Positions 1-15,018 of a stretch of DNA of 64,000 nt are shown piece after piece; the stretch's first letter is position 1, and each line of letters starts with the position of its first letter. Made by a program: the position numbers and the translations under genes. A model generated the notes under the pieces. The model saw nothing but the letters and a program-made list of their open reading frames with translations, was not told where the DNA came from and searched no databases. The DNA is from Lysobacterales bacterium (GTDB lineage Bacteria; Pseudomonadota; Gammaproteobacteria; Xanthomonadales; Rhodanobacteraceae), in the NCBI GenBank assembly GCA_038207515.1, contig JBBQZR010000028.1, positions 2,308 to 66,307 on the forward strand, in the 5' to 3' direction.

Positions 1-286
1 TCGCGCTGAACGCACCGTCGTTCTCCATCGCCTGCTTGCGCGCGATCGCGGCGAGCAGCACGTAGTCGGACAGTTCCTTGATCGCGCGCTGGCGCTGTTC
101 CGGATTGGCGAGGTCCAGGCCGCGGCCGCGCGCGACTTCGTCGAGCAGGGCCGAGGGCACCGGCAGGTCGTTCACGCGCAACGCGGGTTCGCCGGCCGAA
201 AACTGGATCACCGGCGGCTTGCCGCCGGTGCCGCCGGAACAGCCGGCCAGGGCGGCGAGCATCAGCAGGGGAATGGCTCTACGCAT
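1..286 (-). CDS. Lipoprotein, probable PpiC/SurA-type peptidyl-prolyl isomerase (N-terminal part; truncated by window edge)
   Basis: My translation: MRRAIPLLMLAALAGCSGG..., lipobox LAGC; AGGAG RBS before ATG at 286. The PPIase call rests on the common yciI-bolA-PPIase gene order; the catalytic domain is not in the window. Confidence 0.55.
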   Translation of the reverse strand, partial: MRRAIPLLMLAALAGCSGGTGGKPPVIQFSAGEPALRVNDLPVPSALLDEVARGRGLDLANPEQRQRAIKELSDYVLLAAIARKQAMENDGAFSA

Positions 287-505
287 GAAAGACTCCTGAG
301 GAAGCTCTGAAAAACTCGAAACTAGCATTTGATTCTGGAGCCCCCTTGAGTCAAGGGGGTGAAGTGTGGTCGCTCAGAACCGCGGGTTCTGACCACGCTG
401 AACGCCCAGCGGGCCGGACCGGCCAAACGCGCAGCGTTTGGCGGGGTTGTGGAGATCTGGTGCCGAGTAAAAAAAACTGGGGGCCAGGACTTGCTCAGCA
501 CGTTC

Positions 506-772
506 TCAAGACTCTTGCGGCGCCCGCGCGTCGATCGCGAGTGCGTGGATATCGGTTTGCATCAGGTCGCCGAGTGCCGCGTAGACCAGGCGATGCCGCG
601 CGAGCGCCGCGCGACCGTCGAACTGGGCACTGACGATGCGCACGCGGTAGTGGCCGCGGCCGTCGCGCGCGCCTTCGTGGCCGGCATGCTTGTGGCTTTC
701 GTCGATGAGATCCAGCTCGACCGGCTCGAGCGTGAGCAACGCGGCGCGGATACGCTCGGCGCGTTCGCTCAC
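506..772 (-). CDS. bolA: BolA family protein
   Basis: Motifs [34 protein letters not shown]. Confidence 0.93.
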   Translation of the reverse strand: MSERAERIRAALLTLEPVELDLIDESHKHAGHEGARDGRGHYRVRIVSAQFDGRAALARHRLVYAALGDLMQTDIHALAIDARAPQES

Positions 773-1068
773 GGCAGGACCTTCTTGAACGGGCGCACGT
801 CAACGCGTGCGTAGACACCGGCCTCGACATAGGGATCCGCATCGGCCCAGACCTGCGCCGTGGCGAGATCGTCGAACTCGGCGACAATCAGGCTGCCGCT
901 GAAGCCCGCTTCGCCGGGATCCGCCGCATCGATGGCCGGGAACGGGCCGGCCAGCAGCAGGCGGCCGGCGTCCTTGAGTGCGACCAGCCGCGCAAGATGC
1001 GCCGGCCTCGCGTCTAACCGGCGCGCCAGCGAGCCGGGCACATCGGTTCCTTCGATCACATACCACAT
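769..1068 (-). CDS. yciI: YciI family protein
   Basis: From ATG 1068: MWYVI...RPAHLARL...GRLLLAGP...GSLIVAEF...[14 protein letters not shown] overlap with bolA. Confidence 0.92.
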   Translation of the reverse strand: MWYVIEGTDVPGSLARRLDARPAHLARLVALKDAGRLLLAGPFPAIDAADPGEAGFSGSLIVAEFDDLATAQVWADADPYVEAGVYARVDVRPFKKVLP

Positions 1069-1241
1069 CGTGCTGGTCCTTCTGCAATCCGCAGCGCCGC
1101 GCAATAACGCAGCGGCACGGGCGAGGCTGTAATGGAACCGGCGCTGAGCGTAACGGCAAACGCAAACGCGGGGAATCCGCATTCTAGCGGATTGCCCCGG
1201 TTCTGCCGTGTCGCGCTTGTCTCGACGCAGATGGCGCTCGC

Positions 1242-2147
1242 TCAGCCGGCAGGATCGAAGTCGTCCGCGAACAGCGACGGCTCATAGTCCAGATGACTGC
1301 GATTGTTGCCGGGCGCGAGGTCGGTCTCGCCCATGGCCGGATTCAGGCGCGCCTCCGCGTCCAGCGTCACGACCGGGCGCGCGCTGCCCACGCGCAAGTC
1401 GACGAAGAAGGTCACGCTGTTTGCGCCCGCCAGCAGCGTCGGCGTCGCCTCGTAGCCGTTGCCTGAGGCCGCGGCCGTCGCGCACAGCGCCGGCAACGTC
1501 GATTCGCAGGTCCACTGCGGCGACTGCGCCGCATCGACGCTGGCCCGCAGCAGCGGCAGGCGGGCGCCAAGCGGATAGGCGCTGGAGAAACGGATGCTGC
1601 AGCGGACCCCGCCGCGCACTGCCCCATCGACGCGCTCGCACGCGATATCCGTGCGCAGGTCCAGCGGCACGTGGACGGGTATCTTCATGACCGCGATCTC
1701 GTCGCCGGGCTGGTTCTCGGTATCGTCGGAAGCGACGCTCGCAGAAAACTGCACGTGGTTGCGTGCGTCGGCCGGCACGCGAAAAACCGCCGTATAGAAG
1801 GCAGTGTCGCCGGCAGCAAGGGTGTCGGCCAGTGCGCACTGCGGATAGGCCGGAACACAGACATAGCTGCCCAGATAGCTCAGCTGCGGCGCCGTGGCGA
1901 CCGTGCGCACGCGATGCGCCGTCTCCGGTCCCTGGTTGCGCACGAGGACGGTCATCACGAGCTCTTCGCCAGGCACCACATGCGGCTGCGCGTCGAGCTC
2001 GATACCGAGGTCCACGCTGCCGTAGTAGCCCTGTGCCTTGAGTACCGAACTCCAGTCCGGCGACAGCAGCGCCGCGGCGCCCGTGAGGGTCAAGCCGCCG
2101 GCGAACAGAAGACGGCGCAGACCGCCGTTGGTTGCAGTGGATTTCAT
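1242..2147 (-). CDS. Secreted DUF11/Ig-like domain protein with C-terminal LFADDFD motif
   Basis: N-terminal signal-like segment; DLGIEL...[19 protein letters not shown] is DUF11-like; D...NN motifs; ends [11 protein letters not shown]. Confidence 0.7.
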   Translation of the reverse strand: MKSTATNGGLRRLLFAGGLTLTGAAALLSPDWSSVLKAQGYYGSVDLGIELDAQPHVVPGEELVMTVLVRNQGPETAHRVRTVATAPQLSYLGSYVCVPAYPQCALADTLAAGDTAFYTAVFRVPADARNHVQFSASVASDDTENQPGDEIAVMKIPVHVPLDLRTDIACERVDGAVRGGVRCSIRFSSAYPLGARLPLLRASVDAAQSPQWTCESTLPALCATAAASGNGYEATPTLLAGANSVTFFVDLRVGSARPVVTLDAEARLNPAMGETDLAPGNNRSHLDYEPSLFADDFDPAG

Positions 2148-3297
2148 CGATGTCCCTGATCAGTGAAAGAAACGGTGGATTGCCGTTCGAGCAGACCCAT
2201 GAGCAGTGTCCCCAGGGTCCATACCCACAAACGTAAAAAACTGGATTCCGTGATCGCCAACAGCGCGAACACGAGCAGCGCCGCCGCCGTCGCGCAGGCC
2301 CACGGCCGCAGCGTGCCGCACAGCGACGCGGCGCGACGATGCAATGTCGCAGCCACGGCGATCAGCGCGAGCAGACCCGGCGCGCCGAGCTCCGCCAGCA
2401 CTTCCAGCGGAAGGCTGTGCGGCCACGGCGTAAGGCGCGGATCGACGAGCGCTTCGACCGGCACGGCCGATGAGTCCCGATAAGCAAGGACGAAATTGTG
2501 CAGGCCTACCCCCAACGGATGATCGGCGAAGACCTGCAGCGCGGCTGTCCACAATTGCAGCCGCGCGAGCATCGACGGTGACCAGAGCGCGGCGAACAGC
2601 AGTGCGCCCAGCAGCGCCGCGGCCGCGGGCAGCAGCCAGGGCAGCGAGAACAGGCGCAGGCCGCGACGCAGCAGCGCGTGGGCCAGCACCGCGAACAGCG
2701 TGGCACCGAGCAAGGTCAGCGCGTGCAGCCACAGCGCGAGCAACGCGAGTGCGATCGCAGCGCCCAGCTCCAGCCAGCGCCCCGCGCTGACGCGAAGGAA
2801 CGGCAGCAGACAGGCGATCCAGGCCAGATCGTTCGGCACGACCAGCCAGGATGCGCCGCTGAGCCGCACCCAGGCCGCGGCGTCGGCGCCGGGATCACGC
2901 CAGGCCGCCACCAGCACCAGTGCCAGCTGCACCAGTGCCGCCGCGCCCAGGGCCGGTGCGACCCAGCGCAGCAGCGCCGAACCGGCATCGCTGCGCACGA
3001 GCAGGAACCACAGCGGCACGGCCGCGAGCAACGGCACGCTGAGCGTGAACGAGCGCCGCGCGTCCAGGCCCCCCAGCGACGCCAGCACGGCGACGAGCAG
3101 CAGCGCGAGCAGCGCCCATTCGAGCCTGTCCGGCGCTCGCGACAGATCGATCGCGTCGCGCCATAGCGCCGCGGCTGCGGCGACGATCAGGCATGCCCAG
3201 GCCAATCCGAGGCTCGCGTCGGCGCCCTGAACGGCGAGAAAGCCGACCAGGCCGGCGACCGTAGCGGCTTGCCCTCCCCGCCGCGCCGTCGTCGCGC

Positions 3298-3301
<4 letters not shown>
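2144..3301 (-). CDS. O-antigen ligase / Wzy_C family polytopic membrane protein (start uncertain: TTG 3205 or CTG 3301)
   Basis: Many hydrophobic segments; R..LW..A...F.DHPLGVG..NF and [13 protein letters not shown] are typical Wzy_C motifs. The frame stays open and hydrophobic up to the lysS stop. Confidence 0.75.
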
Positions 3302-4833
<1,532 letters not shown>

Positions 4834-4891
4834 CGCACTCTTCCCATCGAATCAGAATTCCGGGCGGGTCGGCCACTTACCTGGCGCCCGC

Positions 4892-5512
4892 TTACTTGGC
4901 GCTCGCGCGCTTCACCAGCGCGAGCATCCGGTCGTTGCCGGCACCCATTTCGGTCAGCTTGGCGGCGCCCTCCGTCGACAGCCGTGCGCCGGCGTCGATC
5001 AGTGCCTCGGCATTTTCCAGCTTGCCCACGATCAACGCCATCGACAGCGGCGTATAGCCCTGCGGCGTGCGCTGATCGAGTTTCGCGCCGCCGGCAACGA
5101 GCTGCTTGACGATGCCGGGCGTGCATTGCTGCGCGGCGAGGATCAGCGTGCCCATCATGCCGGCATCGTTCGGCCGCGCGCCTTCGCGCAGCAGCACCGC
5201 GATCGTGCGCTGGATGTCCGCTTCGGCGAGGCGCGTGTCACTGCAGGCGGACAGCGCGAATTCCAGCGTGGTCTGCGGCGTCTGCTCCAGCTTGCCGTTC
5301 GGATCGACGCCCAGCACGATCATCGCCTCGACGATGTCGGCCTTGGCGTTGAACAGATTGACCGGCAGGTTTTCCTGCATCACCGAAGTGCCGTCCTCCT
5401 CCATCAACTGCTCGGCCTGTTCGCGCGTCATACGCGCGCTGGTGTCCGCCGCGACCGCGAGCAGGCTCGCGCCGCCCATGATCGCGGCAATGAGGATTTT
5501 TTCGATACGCAT
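4892..5512 (-). CDS. Secreted ankyrin-repeat protein
   Basis: Signal peptide MRIEKILIAAIMGGASLLAVAA; ANK repeats (GYTPLSMALIVGKLENAEALIDAGA, IVKQLVAGGAKLD). Confidence 0.8.
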   Translation of the reverse strand: MRIEKILIAAIMGGASLLAVAADTSARMTREQAEQLMEEDGTSVMQENLPVNLFNAKADIVEAMIVLGVDPNGKLEQTPQTTLEFALSACSDTRLAEADIQRTIAVLLREGARPNDAGMMGTLILAAQQCTPGIVKQLVAGGAKLDQRTPQGYTPLSMALIVGKLENAEALIDAGARLSTEGAAKLTEMGAGNDRMLALVKRASAK

Positions 5513-5567
5513 CTGAAATTTCTCCGTCTGTGGAAACGCATTCCGTTGCAGCGACGCGGCGGACGTT

Positions 5568-6635
5568 CTATTTCGCCGGCTTGATCGCCTTCGCGAGGAT
5601 CGCCGCCTGCCGCGGGTCCGTCGGTTTCTCGAAGAACACCTGCCCGGCTTCCGTCGCGGTGATCCGCGCGCCCTTGCCGACGAGGTACTCGGCGACGTCC
5701 CAGCGACCGCTGACGAAAGCCATCTTGAGCGGAGTAAATTGCTGCGCGTTGACCGGATCCGGCTGCGCGCCGGCCGCGATGAGCTTCTCGATGATCGGCA
5801 GCGGGCATGGCTGCACCGCGCTCATGAGCACGGTGTTGCCCTGGGCGTCCGCGTGTTTGACATCCGCGCCGTGCACAAGCAACAGGTCGATGATCGCGAG
5901 CTGGCGGTCCAGAGGATTGTTCTGCGCGCACGAGATCATGGTCGCCGTGGCCAGCGGCGTCATGCCGGCGGGACCCGCAGCGGTCGCGTCGACGCCGGCG
6001 TCGATCAGCGCCCGCACTACCTCGACCTCGGCATCGATCAGCGCCCGATTCATCGCATCGCTCGACGCACCGATGTTGCGCGTGCGCAGGAATTCCAGCG
6101 CGCGCTGCTCTTTCGCCACGTCCATGGGCTTGGCAATGCCGGGGTTCGCGCTATGCCGCCCTCGGTTGTCCTTCCAGTCCTGCAGCAGTTCGCCACGGCT
6201 GTGGATGAAGCCGGCGCCGTCGCCCTGCGCGGACTTGGCCAGCGCGATCGCCTCGTCAAAGGCCGCGTCGGAGGCGTCCAGGCTACGCAGCGTCATCAGC
6301 GCATCGCCGCGCACGCTCCAGCCGGCATTGCCGCGCGCGGCCTCCAGCAGCACCGGCGGCGCGTTGGCGACGAGCCAGGCCTTGACCGCAGCCGGACTGC
6401 TGCCACGCGCGTCGCCGAGTTCCTCGATCGCGTCGATGTAGGTCGACTTGGCCGAGTCGTCCTTTGCCGCGCGCAGCCCGTCGAGCAGCGGCGCGAGATC
6501 GCGCGCCGGGTCGGCGCTGCCCTGCTCCACGCGCGCCTCGATCTGTGCGACCACGTCCGACGCCGACGGCGCGCGTTTCGCCGATGCGGCCAGGCTCAGG
6601 CACGACAGCGCAATCGCAACCAGCAGCCGTCTCAT
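5568..6635 (-). CDS. Secreted protein with helical (HEAT-like) N-terminus and C-terminal ankyrin repeats
   Basis: Signal MRRLLVAIALSCLSLAASA after GGGAG RBS; GMTPLATA, GNTVLMSAV, QFTPLKMAF...VAEYLVGKGA repeats. Confidence 0.8.
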   Translation of the reverse strand: MRRLLVAIALSCLSLAASAKRAPSASDVVAQIEARVEQGSADPARDLAPLLDGLRAAKDDSAKSTYIDAIEELGDARGSSPAAVKAWLVANAPPVLLEAARGNAGWSVRGDALMTLRSLDASDAAFDEAIALAKSAQGDGAGFIHSRGELLQDWKDNRGRHSANPGIAKPMDVAKEQRALEFLRTRNIGASSDAMNRALIDAEVEVVRALIDAGVDATAAGPAGMTPLATATMISCAQNNPLDRQLAIIDLLLVHGADVKHADAQGNTVLMSAVQPCPLPIIEKLIAAGAQPDPVNAQQFTPLKMAFVSGRWDVAEYLVGKGARITATEAGQVFFEKPTDPRQAAILAKAIKPAK

Positions 6636-6659
6636 CGTTGCTTTCTCCCGAATTACCAT

Positions 6660-7785
6660 TTACGCATCGATACGCTTCGAACCGGCTTCCAGGCCCAGCT
6701 TCAGGCTGGCCTCGATGTATTCGTCGAGATCGCCGTCGAGCACCTTCTGCGTGTCGGTGCGCTCGATGCCCGTGCGCAGATCCTTGATGCGCGACTGGTC
6801 GAGCACGTAGGAGCGGATCTGGCTGCCCCAGCCGATGTCGGCCTTGGTCGCTTCCAGCGCGTCCTTCTCGGCGTTGCGCTTCTGGACCTCGAGCTCGTAG
6901 AGCTTGGCCTTGAGCATCTTCATCGCGCGGTCGCGGTTGGCATGCTGCGAACGCTCGGTCTGGCAGGCCACGACCACGTTGGTCGGTACATGCGTGATGC
7001 GCACGGCCGATTCGGTCTTGTTGACGTGCTGGCCACCGGCGCCGGACGAACGGTAGACGTCGGTTCGGAGGTCGGCCGGATTGATCTCGATGTCGATGTC
7101 GTCATCGACTTCGGGCGCGACGAAGATCGACGAGAACGAGGTATGGCGGCGGTTGTCCGAATCGAACGGCGACTTGCGCACGAGGCGGTGCACGCCGATC
7201 TCGGTCTTGAGCCAGCCGTAGGCGTAATCGCCTTCGACGCGGAACGAGGCGCTCTTGATGCCGGCGACGTCGCCGGCCGAGACTTCCATGAGTTCCGTCT
7301 TCCAGCCCTTGTTCTCGCACCAGCGCAGGTACATGCGCAGCAGCATTTCGGCCCAGTCCTGCGCCTCGGTGCCGCCGGCGCCGGCCTGCACGTCGACGAA
7401 CGCGTTGGACGCATCCATCTTGCCGGAGAACATGCGCTGGAATTCGAGCTTGTCGACCTTGACCGCGAGCGTCTCGACATCCTCGGACACCGCGATCGCC
7501 GTGCCTTCGTCGGCTTCGGCAATGGCCATTTCCAGCAGCTCGGCGGCACCGTCGAAGCCTTCGATCAGGCTCTTGATGCCGTGCACGATCTTTTCGAGCT
7601 GGGCGCGTTCCTTGCCCAGGTCCTGGGCCCGTTGCGGGTTATCCCAGATAGTCGGACTTTCCAGTTCGCGACTTACTTCTTCGAGGCGCTCAGACTTGGT
7701 TTCGTAGTCAAAGATACCCCCTAAGCGACAGCACCCGACCCTTGAGGTCGTCGATGCGCGCGGAGATCGGATTCGTTTCGATCAT
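6660..7785 (-). CDS. prfB: Peptide chain release factor 2, translated via programmed +1 frameshift
   Basis: ORF1 [25 protein letters not shown] (25 codons from ATG 7785), then CTT-TGA-C and continuation [12 protein letters not shown]...; GGQ and SPF motifs present. Confidence 0.98.
7707..7722 (-). promoter_or_regulatory. RF2 programmed +1 frameshift site with internal Shine-Dalgarno
   Basis: AGGGGG-TAT-CTTTGAC on the minus strand, the canonical arrangement. Confidence 0.97.
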
Positions 7786-7854
7786 GGCTGCGGCCGGCAA
7801 TGGACAAAAGAGGCGCAGGATAACAGGCGCGGCCGAGGTCGTGAATGCAACGCG

Positions 7855-9585
7855 CTACAGCGCCTCGATATGCCGTATCAGCAGACGCAGCCGCTCGCGT
7901 CCGTTCCATTCGTCGATGCTGAGCTGGAACGCCGCGCGCAGCCGCGGCGGCGGCGGCGATCCCGTGTAGCCGCCGAACATCACGGCCTCGAGCGGATCGC
8001 GCCGGTCCGCATGCTGCAGGGTCAGGCGCAGATGGGTCTGGCCCATGAGCTTCCAGTTGACGAGGCGGAATTCGTCGTCGAACAGCGGCTCGGGAAACGC
8101 CTGGCCCCAGGGCCCGGCGAAACGCAGCTGGCGCGCGAGTTCCAGATCGTATTCGTGCGCGGCGAGGCAGCCGTCGGTATGCAGCACCGGTTCGAGCAAG
8201 CTCGCATCCAGGCGCCGCCGCGCGACCGCGTCGAATTCCGCGGCGAATTCGGCAAGGCGGCCGGCGGAAAGGCTCAGACCCGCGGCCATCGCATGGCCGC
8301 CGAAGCGCGTGAGCAGGCCCGGATTCTTCGCAGCGACCTCGGCCAGCGCATCGCGCAGATGGAAGCCGGCGATGGAGCGGCCGGAAGCCTTGATCTCCTC
8401 ACCGTCCTCATCGGCCGGCGCACAGGCGATCACGGGGCGATGCAGGCGCTCCTTCAGCTTGGACGCGACGAGGCCGATCACGCCGACGTGCCAGTCAGGC
8501 TCGAACAGCACGACGCCGACCGGCAGGGTCGCCGCGCCGTAGCGCGCGAGGTACTGCGCGACCGTGGCCTCGCCCTGTTCCACCATCTGCGCCTGCAACT
8601 CCCGCCGCTCGGCATTGATCGCGGACAGGCGTTCGGCGAGTTCCCGCGCACGGCCCGGTTCGTCGCAGAGCAGGCATTCGATGCCCAGACGCATGTCATC
8701 CATGCGTCCGGCGGCGTTGATGCGCGGTCCGAGCGCGAAACCCAGATCGCTCGCGCACAGCGTTTCGGGCGTGCGCTTGCTCGCCTCGATCAGCGCGAGC
8801 ATGCCGGCGCAGGCCTGGCGCGCGCGGATGCGGCGCAGGCCGGCCTCGACCAGCACGCGGTTGTTGTAGTCCAGCGGCACGAGGTCGGCGACGGTGCCGA
8901 GCGCGACCAGATCGAGCAGCGTCGACAGGTCCGGCTCGGCACGCTGCGCAAACCAGCCGTTGTCGCGCAGGCGCGCGCGCAGCGCGAGCAGCACGTAGAA
9001 CATGACGCCGACGCCGGCCAGCGCCTTGCTCGGGAACGCATCGCCGTCGTGATTGGGATTGACCAGCGCCGCCGCTGCCGGCAGCGAATCGCCGGGCAGA
9101 TGATGGTCGGTCACGATCACGGCGATGCCGTGCGCGTTCGCCGCGTCCACGCCCGCATGCGCGGCGACGCCATTGTCGACCGTGACGATGAGGTCGGGCC
9201 GCTGCGGCAGCAGTTCCTCGACCAGCGCAGGGCTCAGTCCGTAACCGTGCGTGAAGCGGTTCGGCACGCGGTAGTCGACGTGCAGCGCGCCGAGCAGGCG
9301 CAGGCCGCGCACGGCGACGGCCGTGCCGGTCGCGCCGTCGGCATCGAAGTCGCCGACGATGACGATGCGGCGCTGTTCACGCAGCGCCTCTTCCAGCAAT
9401 TCGCAGGCGCGTTCTATGCCACCCAGCTGCTGCGGCGAAACCAGACGGGCCAGCCGATGTTCGACGTCCTGCGCGCACGCAATACCGCGCGCGGCGAAGA
9501 TGCGCTGCAGCACCGGATGGATCGCGGTCGACCAGTCGCCAGTCGGCAACAACGGGGTGCGGCGCTCGATGCGCCAGCTTCTCAT
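7855..9585 (-). CDS. recJ: Single-stranded-DNA-specific exonuclease RecJ
   Basis: GDFDADGAT, TVDNG, TDHH (DHH motif), LGTVADLVPL, GPRINAAGR, FGGHAMAAGL. Confidence 0.98.
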   Translation of the reverse strand: MRSWRIERRTPLLPTGDWSTAIHPVLQRIFAARGIACAQDVEHRLARLVSPQQLGGIERACELLEEALREQRRIVIVGDFDADGATGTAVAVRGLRLLGALHVDYRVPNRFTHGYGLSPALVEELLPQRPDLIVTVDNGVAAHAGVDAANAHGIAVIVTDHHLPGDSLPAAAALVNPNHDGDAFPSKALAGVGVMFYVLLALRARLRDNGWFAQRAEPDLSTLLDLVALGTVADLVPLDYNNRVLVEAGLRRIRARQACAGMLALIEASKRTPETLCASDLGFALGPRINAAGRMDDMRLGIECLLCDEPGRARELAERLSAINAERRELQAQMVEQGEATVAQYLARYGAATLPVGVVLFEPDWHVGVIGLVASKLKERLHRPVIACAPADEDGEEIKASGRSIAGFHLRDALAEVAAKNPGLLTRFGGHAMAAGLSLSAGRLAEFAAEFDAVARRRLDASLLEPVLHTDGCLAAHEYDLELARQLRFAGPWGQAFPEPLFDDEFRLVNWKLMGQTHLRLTLQHADRRDPLEAVMFGGYTGSPPPPRLRAAFQLSIDEWNGRERLRLLIRHIEAL

Positions 9586-9599
9586 CGCCAGCTTCTCAT
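9572..9599. repeat. Perfect 14-bp tandem duplication of the recJ start region
   Basis: CGCCAGCTTCTCAT at 9572-9585 and 9586-9599. Confidence 0.95.
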
Positions 9600-9611
9600 C
9601 ATCGCCGGCGC

Positions 9612-10556
9612 TCAGGCACGCAGAGGCCGCACGCCGCGCCAGAAGCGCCAGCGATGGCCGTGCCGGTAGACGCCGCGTTCGCCGCTGGCCAGATGCAGGC
9701 GCAGCTCGGCCAATTTCCCGCCGGCCAGCGCGCGTTCCAGCGCCGGCAGCCACTGCGCCGCGAGCGCTGCCAGCGAGGCCGCGTCGTCGAGGTCGACCAG
9801 CGTGTGGCCGTCGAAGCCGGCCAGCGCATCGGGTTGCGGCGCAACCACGGCGCATCCGGCCTGCCGGGCGAGTGCGGCCAGCACCGCATCGCGCGTAAGC
9901 ACGCGGGCGAGCGGCGTCTTGATCCACTGCGGCAAGCTGCCGGCGCCCCAGAACCACAGGCTGTTGACCGGCAGTTGTCCGCGCGCGGCGCGCTGCTCAT
10001 TCAGCGGATGGTTGTGCAGCACGATCTGCGCCTCGTTGAGCAGACTGCGCCAGCGCTTGCCCTCGTTGCCGTCGGGCAGGTGCAGGCGCAGATCATCGCC
10101 GAGCGCCTGGTCCGGCGGCACGAACACGGGCAACTGCGCGCCGGCGGGTGCGCGCAGATACCAGCGCGACGGCACCGGCGCATCGATCGGAAAGCCGCTG
10201 TCGCCAAACAGCGGCTTCAGCGGACGCAGCAGCTCCTGGCAGTCCTCGGCGCTGAGCCCGAGTTCGCCGCAGGCGAGCATGCGCGCGGTCGCCATGTCGG
10301 CGCGCACGTGCGCCGGATCGGCGCGCAGCCAGACGTTGTCCGCCGCATCACCGCAGTCGGCCGCGCGCGTCAGCGCAGCGACCGGAATGGTTTTTGCGGC
10401 AAACTGGAAAAGTTCACGAAGGGCGACTTCGCGGCCGGCGGCCACGGGCGGCGCGGTGTCGCCGCGGGAGAACCAGCGTGCTATCGGGCCTGATGCGAGC
10501 GCTGCATCGGCAGCTAGGCGCTGGCGCGGGGGAAGCAACAGGGTGAGCGTGTTCAT
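9612..10556 (-). CDS. RpfE-like / phosphoglycerate-mutase-like protein
   Basis: WLRADP.H, LLNEAQIVLHNHPLNEQRAARGQLPVNSLWFWGAG are characteristic; it sits between greA and recJ as in xanthomonads. Confidence 0.7.
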   Translation of the reverse strand: MNTLTLLLPPRQRLAADAALASGPIARWFSRGDTAPPVAAGREVALRELFQFAAKTIPVAALTRAADCGDAADNVWLRADPAHVRADMATARMLACGELGLSAEDCQELLRPLKPLFGDSGFPIDAPVPSRWYLRAPAGAQLPVFVPPDQALGDDLRLHLPDGNEGKRWRSLLNEAQIVLHNHPLNEQRAARGQLPVNSLWFWGAGSLPQWIKTPLARVLTRDAVLAALARQAGCAVVAPQPDALAGFDGHTLVDLDDAASLAALAAQWLPALERALAGGKLAELRLHLASGERGVYRHGHRWRFWRGVRPLRA

Positions 10557-10596
10557 GCGATTGCCTCCTCTGCCACGTCACCGGCCAAGCACAGGG

Positions 10597-10939
10597 TCCG
10601 CGTAGGTTGGGGTAAGCCGCAGGCGCACCCCAACATCACGGTGACTCCGTATCCAAGAACCCATGCCGAAGGAAATCTTCGCGCTGCGTGGATGCATCGC
10701 TTCGCGCTGCGTGGATGCACCGCTTCGCGCTGCGTGGATGCATCGCTTCGCGCTGCGTGGATGCATCGCTTCGCGACGCCGAATCTCCGCTTTGCGGTGC
10801 CCGAACCCCGCGAGCGGCGCCGAACAAACGCCTCATTCGGCGCCTGGGCAAGCGAAGACATTTCCTTCGGCATGGGTTCTTTGTTGGGGTGATACCTCGA
10901 TGTTGGGGTGCGCCTGCGGCTTACCCCAACCTACGCGGA
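10597..10939. repeat. Nested REP/REPIN-like element: 41-bp outer inverted repeat, 22-bp inner inverted repeat, 4 x 23-bp tandem core
   Basis: Outer arms 10597-10637 / 10899-10939 (GTAG-type REP); inner arms 10655-10676 / 10860-10881; CTTCGCGCTGCGTGGATGCATCG x4 at 10677-10768. Confidence 0.92.
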
Positions 10940-10973
10940 TCCATTTTAGATTCATCGCGGATCCATACCTTCG

Positions 10974-11446
10974 TCAATCGTACCGAACCGCCATGACCTC
11001 GTAGCGCTTCACGCCGTTGGGGGCCTGGAACTCGAACGAATCGCCCTGGCTCTTGCCGATCAGTGCGCGCGCGATCGGCGAGCTGACCGCGATCAGGCGC
11101 TGTTTGATGTCGGCTTCGATGTCGCCGACGATCTGGTAGGTGACCTGGTCGCCGGACTCCTCGTCCTCGAGATCGACGATGGCGCCGAACACGATGCGCG
11201 TGCCGGCCTGCAACTTTGAAACGTCGATGACTTCGGCATAGCTGAGGGTCGCTTCCATTTCCTGGATGCGTCCCTCGACGAAGCCCTGCTGTTCGCGCGC
11301 CGCGTGGTATTCGGCGTTCTCCTTGAGATCGCCGTGCGCGCGTGCTTCAGCGATCGCTTCGATGATGCGCGGGCGGTCCACGGTCTTGAGCTTTTCCAGC
11401 TCGTCACGCAGACGTTCGGCGCCTTTGAGGGTCAAGGGCGGACGCT

Positions 11447-11450
<4 letters not shown>
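10974..11450 (-). CDS. greA: Transcription elongation factor GreA
   Basis: [34 protein letters not shown]. Confidence 0.98.
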
Positions 11451-14657
<3,207 letters not shown>

Positions 14658-14674
<17 letters not shown>

Positions 14675-15008
14675 TGTCGCCTCCGGGCGTCGTGTCGTTC
14701 TCGGCCGCGACTTCGATATCGCGCACCGAACTGGAAGGAATGTCGAGCTCGACGCCGCCGTCGCGCGCGCCGAGCTTCAGGCGCAGCGCCGTGCGCGTAT
14801 AGCGCACCAGCGTGCCGGCGCGGCGCGAGCCGAGCGTCGTGCGCACGACGATTTTTTCGCCGACGTACGCGCCGAGCTGTTCGTAGGAAATGATGTCGAC
14901 GATGCGCACACGGCCCTGGGCCGCGACGCCGCCGCCGACCGCGAACAGACCGGCGCAGCCGAGGACCGCCAGCGCCGCGCAGCGGCGCAGAGAGAACACG
15001 GAGGTCAT
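14658..15008 (-). CDS. Small exported hypothetical protein between carA and carB
   Basis: Signal-like N-terminus ([30 protein letters not shown]) followed by a beta-rich segment; abuts the carA stop and overlaps the carB start. Confidence 0.65.
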
Positions 15009-15018
15009 GCGGCGCAAC

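Noticed and set aside
4876-4905. Short imperfect direct repeat TTAC(C/T)TGGCGC(C/T)CGC before lysS
   Set aside because: Too short and partly coding; could be chance or a trivial duplication.
10677-10775. 23-bp tandem repeats as a CRISPR array
   Set aside because: Units are contiguous with no unique spacers and no cas genes are present.
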